The notes under the pieces were generated by a model. It was not told where the DNA came from and made no database searches. It saw only the letters and a list, made by a program, of their open reading frames with translations. Both the position numbers and the translations under genes were made by a program. A DNA stretch of 32,364 bases. It comes from Candidatus Uhrbacteria bacterium RIFOXYB2_FULL_45_11 (lineage in GTDB: Bacteria > Patescibacteriota > Patescibacteriia > UBA9934 > GWF2-40-263). Shown piece after piece: positions 17,111 through 25,794 of this stretch; positions within the stretch are counted from its first letter, which is position 1; each line of letters starts with the position of its first letter. Where the stretch lies: positions 9,246 to 41,609 of the forward strand of contig MGFD01000030.1 of NCBI GenBank assembly GCA_001791715.1. Reading direction: 5' to 3'.

Positions 17111-18505
17111 TTAGCAGTGTGCGGGAAACGGACAATTTGGATAACTGCATCGACAATAGGTGTCTGCTTTACTTTTTAGCTCAAAGTGCCAGATTTCTTC
17201 TGCGTATCTTACAAAGCCGGCTTGTGTCATGATTTGCGACAAGAGTTGCGCACCATCTTTGTATTTTTGGTTTTGTTGATTGGTGGTGTTAAAGGATGGA
17301 TCTGTAAGAGCCGTACTTCCTTTTTTCAACATGATGTCGATTGCAATACCGCTTCCGTGATTGGATCCACCTGGATAGGCGATTGCTGTTCCGATGCCGG
17401 CGATCTTTTTTTCATCTCCAGTTGCAATGACATCGCAAACCATTTCAATTTGTCGCTTGAGTGGACGATAGGCTGAAATAAGATGAATGGTATAAGCGCT
17501 ATCCATGGACTGTGCAATTTCTCCTGCTTTTTTTAACGCATCTTGCACTTCTTTTGTCACTTGTCCTTTTGGTCCGCTTCCACCTTCATTTACAAAACCG
17601 GGTGCATTTGGTGCTTTTGAAACAAGATTCGGATCGATTGTTTTTGGATTGCTTGATGGCCATGTGTTTTTATCCGTCGCACAAAGTGTTTTACATGCTT
17701 CGGGGTTGCCGCAAACACGTATAGAGCTTGCACTTATTCCACTTGAAGCCATTTGTTCGTCCGACACAACATCTCCTTTGTGTTCTGGAACTTCGACCGT
17801 TTGTACATTTTGAAGTTCAATCGTTTTCATGAGGGTGAGTTGTGGATTGGATGTATACAAAATAAGATAAACCCCAAGAAGCAGGACAAGCCCTGTGAGG
17901 GCGTTTGTGATGCGTGTTTTTCCTTTAGAAACATCCCCGCCACTTGCGGCCATCACATATTGCAATCCTCCAACCATCACCATGACGATTGCGATGGTGA
18001 TGGAGGCGAAAATGAGGAATTTATAGACAGCCGATAGGTAATCAGCGAGGAAGGATGACTTTACAGATGTGGTCGTTGCGATGGCTTTTGAAAAGGAGAG
18101 ACCTGGAATGGGAACGTTGAGGATTGGGGTCGTGGTGGCAGAAGGAGTTTTTGAAGCGGAGGTGTCTGAGCTTGAATCGGTTTTTGATGCAAGAAATGCA
18201 TTATGTTTTTTTTGACAGGAGGATGCAAGAATTTCACCTTCCGTACCATCTGCAAATTCACTTGATGCGAAACTTTTTCCGACGTCTTTTACACAAACTT
18301 CTTTACAACTGTTTGTAGATTGTTGTGAGACAGAAAGAGAAACCGCGCGACAATCTGTGTCTTTTGTTGTGCACACGCATGTTCCGTCTGCAAACGCAAA
18401 CGAGGATGGAAGTGAAAAACCCATCAAGACAAAAAAGAAGATGAGATGTTTTGTGAAACGAAAAATAGAAGCAAGATTATTTTTGTGCAGCAAGTTCGTC
18501 TGCAA
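17111..18505 (-). CDS. Secreted Cys-rich domain + VirB2/TrbC-like pilin + M15 (VanX/VanY-like) peptidase; start uncertain
   Basis: Same N-terminal architecture as its neighbour; C-terminal SAYRP..Q, SNHGSGIAID and EEIWHFE. Confidence 0.85.
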   Translation of the reverse strand: MQTNLLHKNNLASIFRFTKHLIFFFVLMGFSLPSSFAFADGTCVCTTKDTDCRAVSLSVSQQSTNSCKEVCVKDVGKSFASSEFADGTEGEILASSCQKKHNAFLASKTDSSSDTSASKTPSATTTPILNVPIPGLSFSKAIATTTSVKSSFLADYLSAVYKFLIFASITIAIVMVMVGGLQYVMAASGGDVSKGKTRITNALTGLVLLLGVYLILYTSNPQLTLMKTIELQNVQTVEVPEHKGDVVSDEQMASSGISASSIRVCGNPEACKTLCATDKNTWPSSNPKTIDPNLVSKAPNAPGFVNEGGSGPKGQVTKEVQDALKKAGEIAQSMDSAYTIHLISAYRPLKRQIEMVCDVIATGDEKKIAGIGTAIAYPGGSNHGSGIAIDIMLKKGSTALTDPSFNTTNQQNQKYKDGAQLLSQIMTQAGFVRYAEEIWHFELKSKADTYCRCSYPNCPFPAHC

Positions 18506-19133
18506 TCGCTTTTGTTAAATCATTCGCAGAAGGTACGCCCACAATGGATGTGCTGTTGATAAAAAGCGTTGGGGTTGCGAGGATTCCCAAATTCAGAGCC
18601 TCCTGAAGATTTTTTTGCACAATGGGTAATGTATCTTTTGAAGAAAGACATTTTGAGAACGTTGTTTCATTTAATCCAAGTTCTGTGCCAATTTGTGTAA
18701 ATTGTGTTTCGGATAAGTATGTTTGTCGATCAAACAAGGCAGATGCATATTCCCAAAATTTTCCTTGGCGCGCGGCACAGTGTGCGGCAACGGATGCGCT
18801 TGTTGCGTTTGGGTGTGCGGAATCGTTTGGCATGTCTTTCCAAACAAAACGTACATCATTTGGAAACGTCATGAGAGCGACATCGATAATCGGGTTGAGT
18901 TGTTTACAGGCCGCACACTCAAAATCGGAATAGACAACAAGAGTGACTTTTGCCTTTGGAGCTCCGCGTATCGGATCAACAAACGTGACGCTTGGGGTTT
19001 TTAGTGTGGCAGAATTTGTGTTCGTTATTTTTGGTTTTGGAAGCGGAATGGGTTGTGTGCGAATGAAAAAAAACACAAAAACCATGACGGTTAAAAAGCC
19101 AATCACGAGATATGCAAGGAGACGATCGCGCAT
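18477..19133 (-). CDS. DsbA-family thiol-disulfide oxidoreductase
   Basis: N-terminal TM, YSDFECAAC (CxxC) and GILATPTLFIN cis-Pro loop; start moved to ATG 19133. Confidence 0.93.
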   Translation of the reverse strand: MRDRLLAYLVIGFLTVMVFVFFFIRTQPIPLPKPKITNTNSATLKTPSVTFVDPIRGAPKAKVTLVVYSDFECAACKQLNPIIDVALMTFPNDVRFVWKDMPNDSAHPNATSASVAAHCAARQGKFWEYASALFDRQTYLSETQFTQIGTELGLNETTFSKCLSSKDTLPIVQKNLQEALNLGILATPTLFINSTSIVGVPSANDLTKAIADELAAQK

Positions 19134-19140
19134 AGGAATG

Positions 19141-19255
19141 TTTGAGGTACAGATTACAGATAAGACATACAGATATACAGATGGGAAAAAAGCAGACGTG
19201 CTCTCCGCCTTCATTTGTATATCTGTATGCCGCCATTTGTAATCTGTACCTCAAA
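19141..19255. repeat. Long hairpin built of TACAGAT micro-repeats
   Basis: TTTGAGGTACAGATTACAGAT..ATTTGTAATCTGTACCTCAAA arms. Confidence 0.85.
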
Positions 19256-19258
19256 TGT

Positions 19259-20506
19259 TTACTTCAACTTAATAAGCTTAAGCTGTCCGGAAAAGGCGTC
19301 TGTGTAATATAAGGAGGAACCGTCTGCGCTTACGGAAAGATTTGACATGGTTGTGTCTCTTTCTGGAATGGCGACAACTTCGTTGCGACCGTTTGTGAGA
19401 TTGAGTTTATAAAGCGTGTCCGGACGGTTTTCATAAAGGGTTCTTTGTAATCCGGCATTGCTTGGAAGGTTTTGCGGTACGGCACAGTAGACAATTGTTT
19501 CTGAACTCCATGTACATTTATCAACCCATGTATTGATGCCAAGGCTGTGTCGATTTTCTCCCATACTTGCCGATGTTCCGTTCACAAGCCACAAGAGTGG
19601 CTTGCCTTGTGAATAATCGCCATAAACGGAATAGAGAATCGTTTTTCCGCTCGGGGACCAGGAAGGGGAAAAACCAAATCCCTCTACCACAAGTCCTTTG
19701 AAATTTTCTTGATTTTTTCCAACCGGATAAATCACCTTTGTATCAAATCCAGATGTGCTGTTGTTTCCGACAATGGATGACGTGTCGGCAAAGGCGATCA
19801 CTTGATCGTTTGGAGACCAGCTGACATCTACCTTGTCCGCATTTTCTCCGAGGGCCTGAACGGAAGTGACGTTTGAACCGTTGTCGTTTGAAAGTACGAG
19901 CCAGCGATTGTTTGGATCGAGCGCAAGGCTTTTTGCGATCAAGTTATCTGATGACGGAGAAAATTCTACGTCTTCCCAGTGTTTTGGAAGCGTGACTTGT
20001 GATTGTGTTTGAAAATTGTAAACGATTTTTGAATCATCCGGAAAAACCATGACTGCTTTTTCTGCATCGCGATTCCATTCAACACTTTGAACGTTTGGAA
20101 ATGTTTGATTTGAAAGTTTTACGATATTTCCATCTTTATCGATGGTATAAAAAAATCCATCATCTTCATTATAAAAATTGATTTTGTTTCCGTCTTTGCT
20201 CAGTGTTGTATTTTGAACCGGGGCTGATGTGAGCGTGATGGTTTTTGTGATTCCTCCATCAGCAATACTTGCAGCCTCTGGAAGCGTACCGTCATTTGTT
20301 GTACTTAATCCGTTTCCTGATCCAGGAGTTCCGTCAAGAGAAGGGGTAAGAGAACCTGTTGGGGTCTCTGTTGTTGAGACGGGTTCGCCGTTAGACGTTG
20401 TGCTTGGACTTTCCGTAAAAAAGACAATATACATGGCAAGACCAATCACAATGACGGACCCAATGAACCCAATGATGAGTAAGATGCGTTTTGGACGTTC
20501 TTGCAT
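19259..20506 (-). CDS. Membrane-anchored TolB-like beta-propeller protein
   Basis: N-terminal TM, Thr/Ser linker, repeated WSP/FSP..D blade motifs. Confidence 0.8.
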   Translation of the reverse strand: MQERPKRILLIIGFIGSVIVIGLAMYIVFFTESPSTTSNGEPVSTTETPTGSLTPSLDGTPGSGNGLSTTNDGTLPEAASIADGGITKTITLTSAPVQNTTLSKDGNKINFYNEDDGFFYTIDKDGNIVKLSNQTFPNVQSVEWNRDAEKAVMVFPDDSKIVYNFQTQSQVTLPKHWEDVEFSPSSDNLIAKSLALDPNNRWLVLSNDNGSNVTSVQALGENADKVDVSWSPNDQVIAFADTSSIVGNNSTSGFDTKVIYPVGKNQENFKGLVVEGFGFSPSWSPSGKTILYSVYGDYSQGKPLLWLVNGTSASMGENRHSLGINTWVDKCTWSSETIVYCAVPQNLPSNAGLQRTLYENRPDTLYKLNLTNGRNEVVAIPERDTTMSNLSVSADGSSLYYTDAFSGQLKLIKLK

Positions 20507-20510
20507 ATGT

Positions 20511-20536
20511 GTAAGGGCGGGTCTTGTGCCCGTCCT
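20511..20536 (+). repeat. GTAG-type REP-like palindrome
   Basis: GTA-AGGGCGGG-tcttgtg-CCCGTCCT; single copy in the window. Confidence 0.5.
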
Positions 20537-20565
20537 GTTTCGTTATAAGGAAAAAACGTGAAGGA

Positions 20566-21471
20566 TCAAAATAATTTGCTGATCCCGAAGCCAACAAGAA
20601 GCGCTGGAGAAGCCATGAGAAGAAGCATCAAAACTTGAACGGCAAACAGGATAACAACAATGGTAATGACAATGAGATCGGCCATGATGACCATTCCTTG
20701 GAGGATGATTCCATTTTTATCAATGGGCATTGGGATCGGATCCCAAGAGAGTCTGCCAATGACAGGATCTTTTCCTTTTTTGAGCCATGTTCCATACACC
20801 ATTTCTACGTTGAGCCAACCTAGGCTGAGCAGGTGAATAAAAATGGTGACAACAAGACCAGCTCCTCCTGTTCCTAAATCAAGGGCCGTTGAAATAAAAT
20901 TTGCTCCTGCATTTGCGGCTTTTGGAACCATTTTTTTGGCTGCTTGTTTGGCAGCATCTTGTGCGGCTCTTGTTGCATCGGCTTGTTGTGCGCGCGCATT
21001 GTCATTTTGTGGAAGATCCGCCGCATCTATGAGTGCGCCTTTAATGCGCACAAGCTGCATGAACGACTGAAAAGAAACTCGTCGTTGCTCTTCTTGTTCT
21101 TCTTCCTCTTGATCCTCGTCCTCATTTTCTTGCGCGCGTGCCGCCTGTGCGGGTTGTCTGAGTGGATTTTGTGCTTGTAATTGATTCGTTCGTAATGTGG
21201 ATTGCCTTTGTAGGGGAGACTGCATGGGTGCTCTTGGGGTTTGCGATGATCCTGTGCGCATGATTTGATCGATGTTTGATTCACGATTCATGCCAGGAAT
21301 ACGATTTTGAGCGAAGACACTTTTACGTTCCGCAATACTGCGTGTCTCTTGCGAGGTTGTACTTCCTGCAGACTTAATCATTTGCCCACCAGCTTTGGCG
21401 ACACCTTGTGTGAGTTTTGCGGCGCCCTGTCCCATTTTGACAGCGCCTTGTGCGACAGCTTGTAAGGCCAT
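20566..21471 (-). CDS. Hypothetical protein, Gln/Glu-rich N-terminus and C-terminal TMs
   Basis: 301-aa ORF starting 2 nt after the Clp ATPase stop. Confidence 0.75.
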   Translation of the reverse strand: MALQAVAQGAVKMGQGAAKLTQGVAKAGGQMIKSAGSTTSQETRSIAERKSVFAQNRIPGMNRESNIDQIMRTGSSQTPRAPMQSPLQRQSTLRTNQLQAQNPLRQPAQAARAQENEDEDQEEEEQEEQRRVSFQSFMQLVRIKGALIDAADLPQNDNARAQQADATRAAQDAAKQAAKKMVPKAANAGANFISTALDLGTGGAGLVVTIFIHLLSLGWLNVEMVYGTWLKKGKDPVIGRLSWDPIPMPIDKNGIILQGMVIMADLIVITIVVILFAVQVLMLLLMASPALLVGFGISKLF

Positions 21472-21473
21472 GT

Positions 21474-23951
21474 TTATTTTGATTTACGAATCGCGAGTTG
21501 TTTTTTCTCGATCGTAAGGGTGAATTTTTTGTTTTTTTCTTGTTTCAGCAGTCGTTCTGCGAGAATGGATTCCACGTGTGTCTGGATGAGTTGTCGGACA
21601 GAACGCGCGCCGGATTTTGGATCGAGTTTTTCAATCAAGTGGCGCGTGACAACATCCGGAATGGAAAGATGCACACCTTGTTCCATCATGCGGGTGGAGA
21701 ATTCATCTAATTGTTTGCGACAGATTTCGGACAGCACTTCATTCGACAATGGATTGAAGACACAGGTGTGATCAATACGATTCAACAGTTCTGGGCGGAA
21801 ACGTTCTTTGAGTTCTGTCTCGATGTCGCTCGACAAACGCTTCGAAGTCTCAACATCTCCTCCCGAAAAACCAATGCCGCCAGATTCGAATCGTTCAAGT
21901 CCGACGTTCGATGTGAGAATCACAATCGTGTTTCTAAAGTTTACCATTTTTCCGCTTGCGTCACATAGTTCTCCTTCTTCTAAAATTTGCAAAAGCAAAT
22001 TTTGCACATCACGGTGTGCTTTTTCAATCTCATCAAATAAAACGACGGCGTACGGTTTTTGTCGAACGCGATCCGTCAGATTCGCTTGTTCTTTGTAGCC
22101 GATGTATCCCGCCGGCGCACCGATCAACTTTGACATGGTGAAGCCTTCCGAATATTCCGACATGTCGAGGCGGATGAGGTGTTTGGATGTGTGGAAGAAT
22201 TGTTGAGCGATTCCGCGAGCAAGTTCTGTTTTTCCAACACCGGATGGGCCGAGGAATAAGAACGATGCAAGGGGACGCGCCGGATGCGCAACGCCCGTCT
22301 TTGCGCGCTTAAGCGCGTTTGCAACACGAGCAACAACCTCGGTTTGTCCAAGAACATGAGAAGCAAGTTTTGTTTCAATGTCCGCAAAGCTGGATTGATC
22401 TTTTGCGAGCAGATCATTGAGTGGAATGCGCAGCATGCGTGAGATTACGCGTGCGACATCTTCGTGATCAATCACGAGTCCGCTTGTTTCTTCTGTGGCG
22501 AAGGTGTGTGCTTTCAGTTCGCTCTGAAGGAGTTCTTCTGTTGCTTTGAGGTGCACTGCGTCCAAAAAACGTTCTTCAATCACCGCTTGTCGTTTGTCGT
22601 TCTTTAAAAGTTCGATTTGTTTTTCGATTGCTTTACGCTTTTCCTGTGGGCGCAGTTCCGTTGCGTGAATGCGTGCGGATGCGGCGGCTTCATCTAAAAG
22701 ATCAATCGCTTTGTCTGGGAGTCGGCGATCTGTGAGATATCGAGTTGAGAGTTTTACTGCATGTTCAATGGCGGCAGGTGCGATGCGTACTCCGTGAAAC
22801 GATTCGTAATGCGGCGCGATACCTTGAAGAATTTCGATGGCTGCTTCAACGGTTGGTTCTTCGACGGTGACAGTTTGAAAACGTCGTTCAAGTGCGCTGT
22901 CGGATTCAATATGTTTTTTATATTCCGCCTGCGTGGTTGCGCCAATACAATGAATGTCACCGCGTGCGAGGGCGGGTTTTAAAATGTTTGCGGCGTCCAT
23001 GGATCCGGAGGCTGCACCTGCGCCGACGATGGTGTGTAATTCATCGATAAATAAAATAACATCATCGGATTTACTTGCTTCGTCGATGAGTTGTCGCAAG
23101 CGTCCTTCAAATTCACCGCGATACATGGTTCCGGCGACGAGGAGCGCGAGGTCAAGTGCGAATACACGTTTGTTTTGGAGAAGGGGAGGAACCGTTCCTT
23201 CAAAAATACTTTTTGCAAGACCTTCAACAACGGCAGTCTTTCCAACACCCGGTTCGCCGACTAACAATGGATTATTTTTTGTACGGCGACACAAGATTTC
23301 CATCACGCGTTCAATCTCGGCTTCGCGCCCAATCACCGGATCGATCTTCTTTTGCATTTCGGGAGACGTAAGCTCTCTGGAAAAATAGGAGAGTGCTTGG
23401 AATTTTTCTGGTGGTTTTTCTTCTGGTGTTGCGGTTGCGATTTCTTGAAGCAGTCCGAGTTCGTCGGGTTTCATGACTTCTGTCATTTCTGGAAACTTGG
23501 AAGTATTTTTAAGAACAAGAGAGAGCTGTTCACGCAAATATTTTAAATCGATGTTTTGATCTTTCAGAAACGTCAAAATAGACGGAAGTTCAATCTGCGC
23601 GAGTCCAGAGAGCAAGTGTTCTGTGCCAATGTAGCGGTGGCCGTAAATGTTTGCGGTGAGAACGGCTTTTTCAACTGCGCGTTTTGCGTCATCGGATAAA
23701 TGAAGAATCATTCCGTCTGCGGTTGCAGGGAGTGTTTCTGTGACACGAATACTTCCGGCGATTTTTTTAAAATCCGCTTGTTGCATTCCTACCTTTTTTA
23801 AAATCTCTGCAGCGATACATCCTTTTTGCGTGCCAAGCGCCCAAAGCAAATGTTCCGGCAAAATGACCTGTTCATCTGTTTCAACCGCAAAACACAGCGC
23901 TCGCGTGAGCACTGTTTTCAAGTTCGAGGAAAATTTGTCGATAATGTCCAT
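21474..23951 (-). CDS. clpC: ATP-dependent Clp protease ATP-binding subunit, ClpC-type
   Basis: Clp N-domain repeats (EHLL), GEPGVGKT, short UVR-like middle domain, GPSGVGKT, RLDMSEY and FRPELLNRID. Confidence 0.9.
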   Translation of the reverse strand: MDIIDKFSSNLKTVLTRALCFAVETDEQVILPEHLLWALGTQKGCIAAEILKKVGMQQADFKKIAGSIRVTETLPATADGMILHLSDDAKRAVEKAVLTANIYGHRYIGTEHLLSGLAQIELPSILTFLKDQNIDLKYLREQLSLVLKNTSKFPEMTEVMKPDELGLLQEIATATPEEKPPEKFQALSYFSRELTSPEMQKKIDPVIGREAEIERVMEILCRRTKNNPLLVGEPGVGKTAVVEGLAKSIFEGTVPPLLQNKRVFALDLALLVAGTMYRGEFEGRLRQLIDEASKSDDVILFIDELHTIVGAGAASGSMDAANILKPALARGDIHCIGATTQAEYKKHIESDSALERRFQTVTVEEPTVEAAIEILQGIAPHYESFHGVRIAPAAIEHAVKLSTRYLTDRRLPDKAIDLLDEAAASARIHATELRPQEKRKAIEKQIELLKNDKRQAVIEERFLDAVHLKATEELLQSELKAHTFATEETSGLVIDHEDVARVISRMLRIPLNDLLAKDQSSFADIETKLASHVLGQTEVVARVANALKRAKTGVAHPARPLASFLFLGPSGVGKTELARGIAQQFFHTSKHLIRLDMSEYSEGFTMSKLIGAPAGYIGYKEQANLTDRVRQKPYAVVLFDEIEKAHRDVQNLLLQILEEGELCDASGKMVNFRNTIVILTSNVGLERFESGGIGFSGGDVETSKRLSSDIETELKERFRPELLNRIDHTCVFNPLSNEVLSEICRKQLDEFSTRMMEQGVHLSIPDVVTRHLIEKLDPKSGARSVRQLIQTHVESILAERLLKQEKNKKFTLTIEKKQLAIRKSK

Positions 23952-23967
23952 AAAGGTGGAAATATTG

Positions 23968-24070
23968 GTAGATACGGATTACAGATGAATACAGATAGGG
24001 ATGACGTATCTGAAAAACGTTTTTCGGAACCGAATATCTCCATCTGTATTCATCTGTAATCCGTATCTAC
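23968..24070. repeat. Long hairpin of (T)ACAGAT micro-repeats with perfect 29-bp arms
   Basis: 23968-23996 is the exact reverse complement of 24042-24070; internal palindrome GAAAAACGTTTTTC. Confidence 0.92.
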
Positions 24071-24076
24071 ACACGT

Positions 24077-24973
24077 TTACAAACCAGCTTTCTTTAATCT
24101 CGCGATACGTTCTTCGATTGGTGGATGAGTGCTGAACATCTGTTCAAACTTTTTTGTGACGTGTGGGTCGAATGGATTTGCGAGGAAGAGGTGGGCTGTT
24201 GCGTGGTTTGCTTTTGACATGGGTTGGTCTTGTACGCTGATTTTTTCGAGTGCGCGAATGAGTCCATCTGGATAACGTGTGAGCAAACATCCGGATGCGT
24301 CTGCGAGATATTCGCGTTGGCGTGAAACCGCGAGTTTGATAAGTTGGGCAAAAATAGGGGAGAGAATCGCAAGCACGATTCCAACGATCAGGATGATTCC
24401 CGCACTACTGTTGTTGTCATTGTCTCGAGAGCCGCGGCCAAAGAAAAACGATCGTGTCATCATGTCAGATAAAAGCAAGACGACTCCGACAAGAACAACC
24501 ACAATGGTCATGACGCGAATATCGTAATTTCCAATGTGTGAGAGTTCATGCGCAAGAACACCTTCCAATTCTTGTCGATCGAGCGCTTGAAGGAGTCCGG
24601 TTGTGACGGCGACCGACGCGTGTTTTGGATCTCGGCCTGTTGCAAAGGCGTTCATGGCAGAGTCTTGGATCACGTAAATTTTTGGGGTTGGGAGTCCGGC
24701 GGTAATCGCGAGATTCTCGACGAGTCGAAACAGTTCTGGGTTATCTTGTTTTTCGATCGGTTTTGCACCAGACGCGGCAAGCGCAACAGAATCACCTTGA
24801 AAATATCCAACAAGCGTCATGACGGTGGAAATAATCACGGCAAGAAAAATGCCAGAAAAGGCATCACCCATCCAAAGACCAAATGCATAGCCGAGCAAAA
24901 TAATCACGACCGAGAAGAGTGAGATCAGAAACCAGGTTTTGTATTTGTTCGCAGAGATTTGGTCGTAGAGCAT
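24077..24973 (-). CDS. htpX: M48 zinc metalloprotease HtpX
   Basis: NAFATGRDP, LAHELSH, SRQREYLADA and FSTHPPIEERI motifs. Confidence 0.95.
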   Translation of the reverse strand: MLYDQISANKYKTWFLISLFSVVIILLGYAFGLWMGDAFSGIFLAVIISTVMTLVGYFQGDSVALAASGAKPIEKQDNPELFRLVENLAITAGLPTPKIYVIQDSAMNAFATGRDPKHASVAVTTGLLQALDRQELEGVLAHELSHIGNYDIRVMTIVVVLVGVVLLLSDMMTRSFFFGRGSRDNDNNSSAGIILIVGIVLAILSPIFAQLIKLAVSRQREYLADASGCLLTRYPDGLIRALEKISVQDQPMSKANHATAHLFLANPFDPHVTKKFEQMFSTHPPIEERIARLKKAGL

Positions 24974-24979
24974 AGGGGG

Positions 24980-25082
24980 AAGTAGAAAGTAGAGAGTAGA
25001 AAGTAGAGAGGAGATAGAAACGTTTTTTAAAATAGCTGCACCAACTAAAACCTTTCTACTTTCTACTTTTCCCTTTCTACTT
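24980..25082. repeat. Long hairpin of 7-mer AGTAGAR micro-repeats
   Basis: (AGTAGAA/AGTAGAG)x4 left arm and (TTTCTAC)n right arm. Confidence 0.85.
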
Positions 25083-25084
25083 TT

Positions 25085-25636
25085 TTAAAACTTTACTTCT
25101 GGAACCACTTTTTCTGCTTCGTCCATGTCAAAAAATTCTTTTGCGGTAAAGGCAAATGTTCCGGCGATCATGTTGACCGGGAAGGATTGTAAACGTGTGT
25201 TATATTCACGAACGTTTCCGTTGTAAAAGCGACGTGAAGCTTGGATTTTGTCTTCCGCGTCGCGGAGTTCGTGTTGGAGTTGCAAAAAGTTTTGTGAGGC
25301 TTGAAGAGCTGGGTAGCTTTCTGAAACCGCAAACAAAGACTTGAGAGTGCTTGTCAGTACGCCTTCAGCTTGTGCATGTTCTGGAAGCGTGTGCGCGCCC
25401 ATGGCCGCGGAGCGAGCTTTTGTCACGTTTTCAAAGACGCTTGATTCGTGTGAAGCGTATCCTTTTACGGCATTCACCAAGTTTGGAATCAGATCATAAC
25501 GGCGCTTCATTTGAACTTCAATGTCAGACCACGCTTCGTCTACACGGTTTCTGAGCGTGATAAGACCGTTATATGATAAGATGAGCCAGAGTCCGACGAG
25601 GGCGAGAACAATGATAACGATCCAAAGGGTAGACAT
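25085..25636 (-). CDS. lemA: LemA family protein
   Basis: YNGLITLRNRVDEAWSDIEVQMKRRYDLIPNLV, ESYPAL and RRFYN motifs. Confidence 0.96.
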   Translation of the reverse strand: MSTLWIVIIVLALVGLWLILSYNGLITLRNRVDEAWSDIEVQMKRRYDLIPNLVNAVKGYASHESSVFENVTKARSAAMGAHTLPEHAQAEGVLTSTLKSLFAVSESYPALQASQNFLQLQHELRDAEDKIQASRRFYNGNVREYNTRLQSFPVNMIAGTFAFTAKEFFDMDEAEKVVPEVKF

Positions 25637-25643
25637 AGGGGAA

Positions 25644-25745
25644 TGTTGGAAAGGTTTGAAATGTCGGAAAGGTCGGAAAGGAAACGTTGTAAAAACGTTT
25701 TGGATTACCTTTCAAACATTTCAGACCTTTCCGACCTTTCAGACT
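25644..25745. repeat. Long hairpin of 9-mer micro-repeats (four units per arm) in the predicted lemA 5' UTR
   Basis: TGTTGGAAA GGTTTGAAA TGTCGGAAA GGTCGGAAA .. TTTCAAACA TTTCAGACC TTTCCGACC TTTCAGACT. Confidence 0.85.
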
Positions 25746-25760
25746 AAGTATTACGTTTAA

Positions 25761-25789
25761 ATTCTACGAAATTTACAAGCTTTCGTCAA
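25761..25789 (-). promoter_or_regulatory. Sigma70 promoter for lemA-htpX
   Basis: Minus strand TTGACG-N17-TAGAAT. Confidence 0.7.
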
Positions 25790-25794
25790 AAAAT

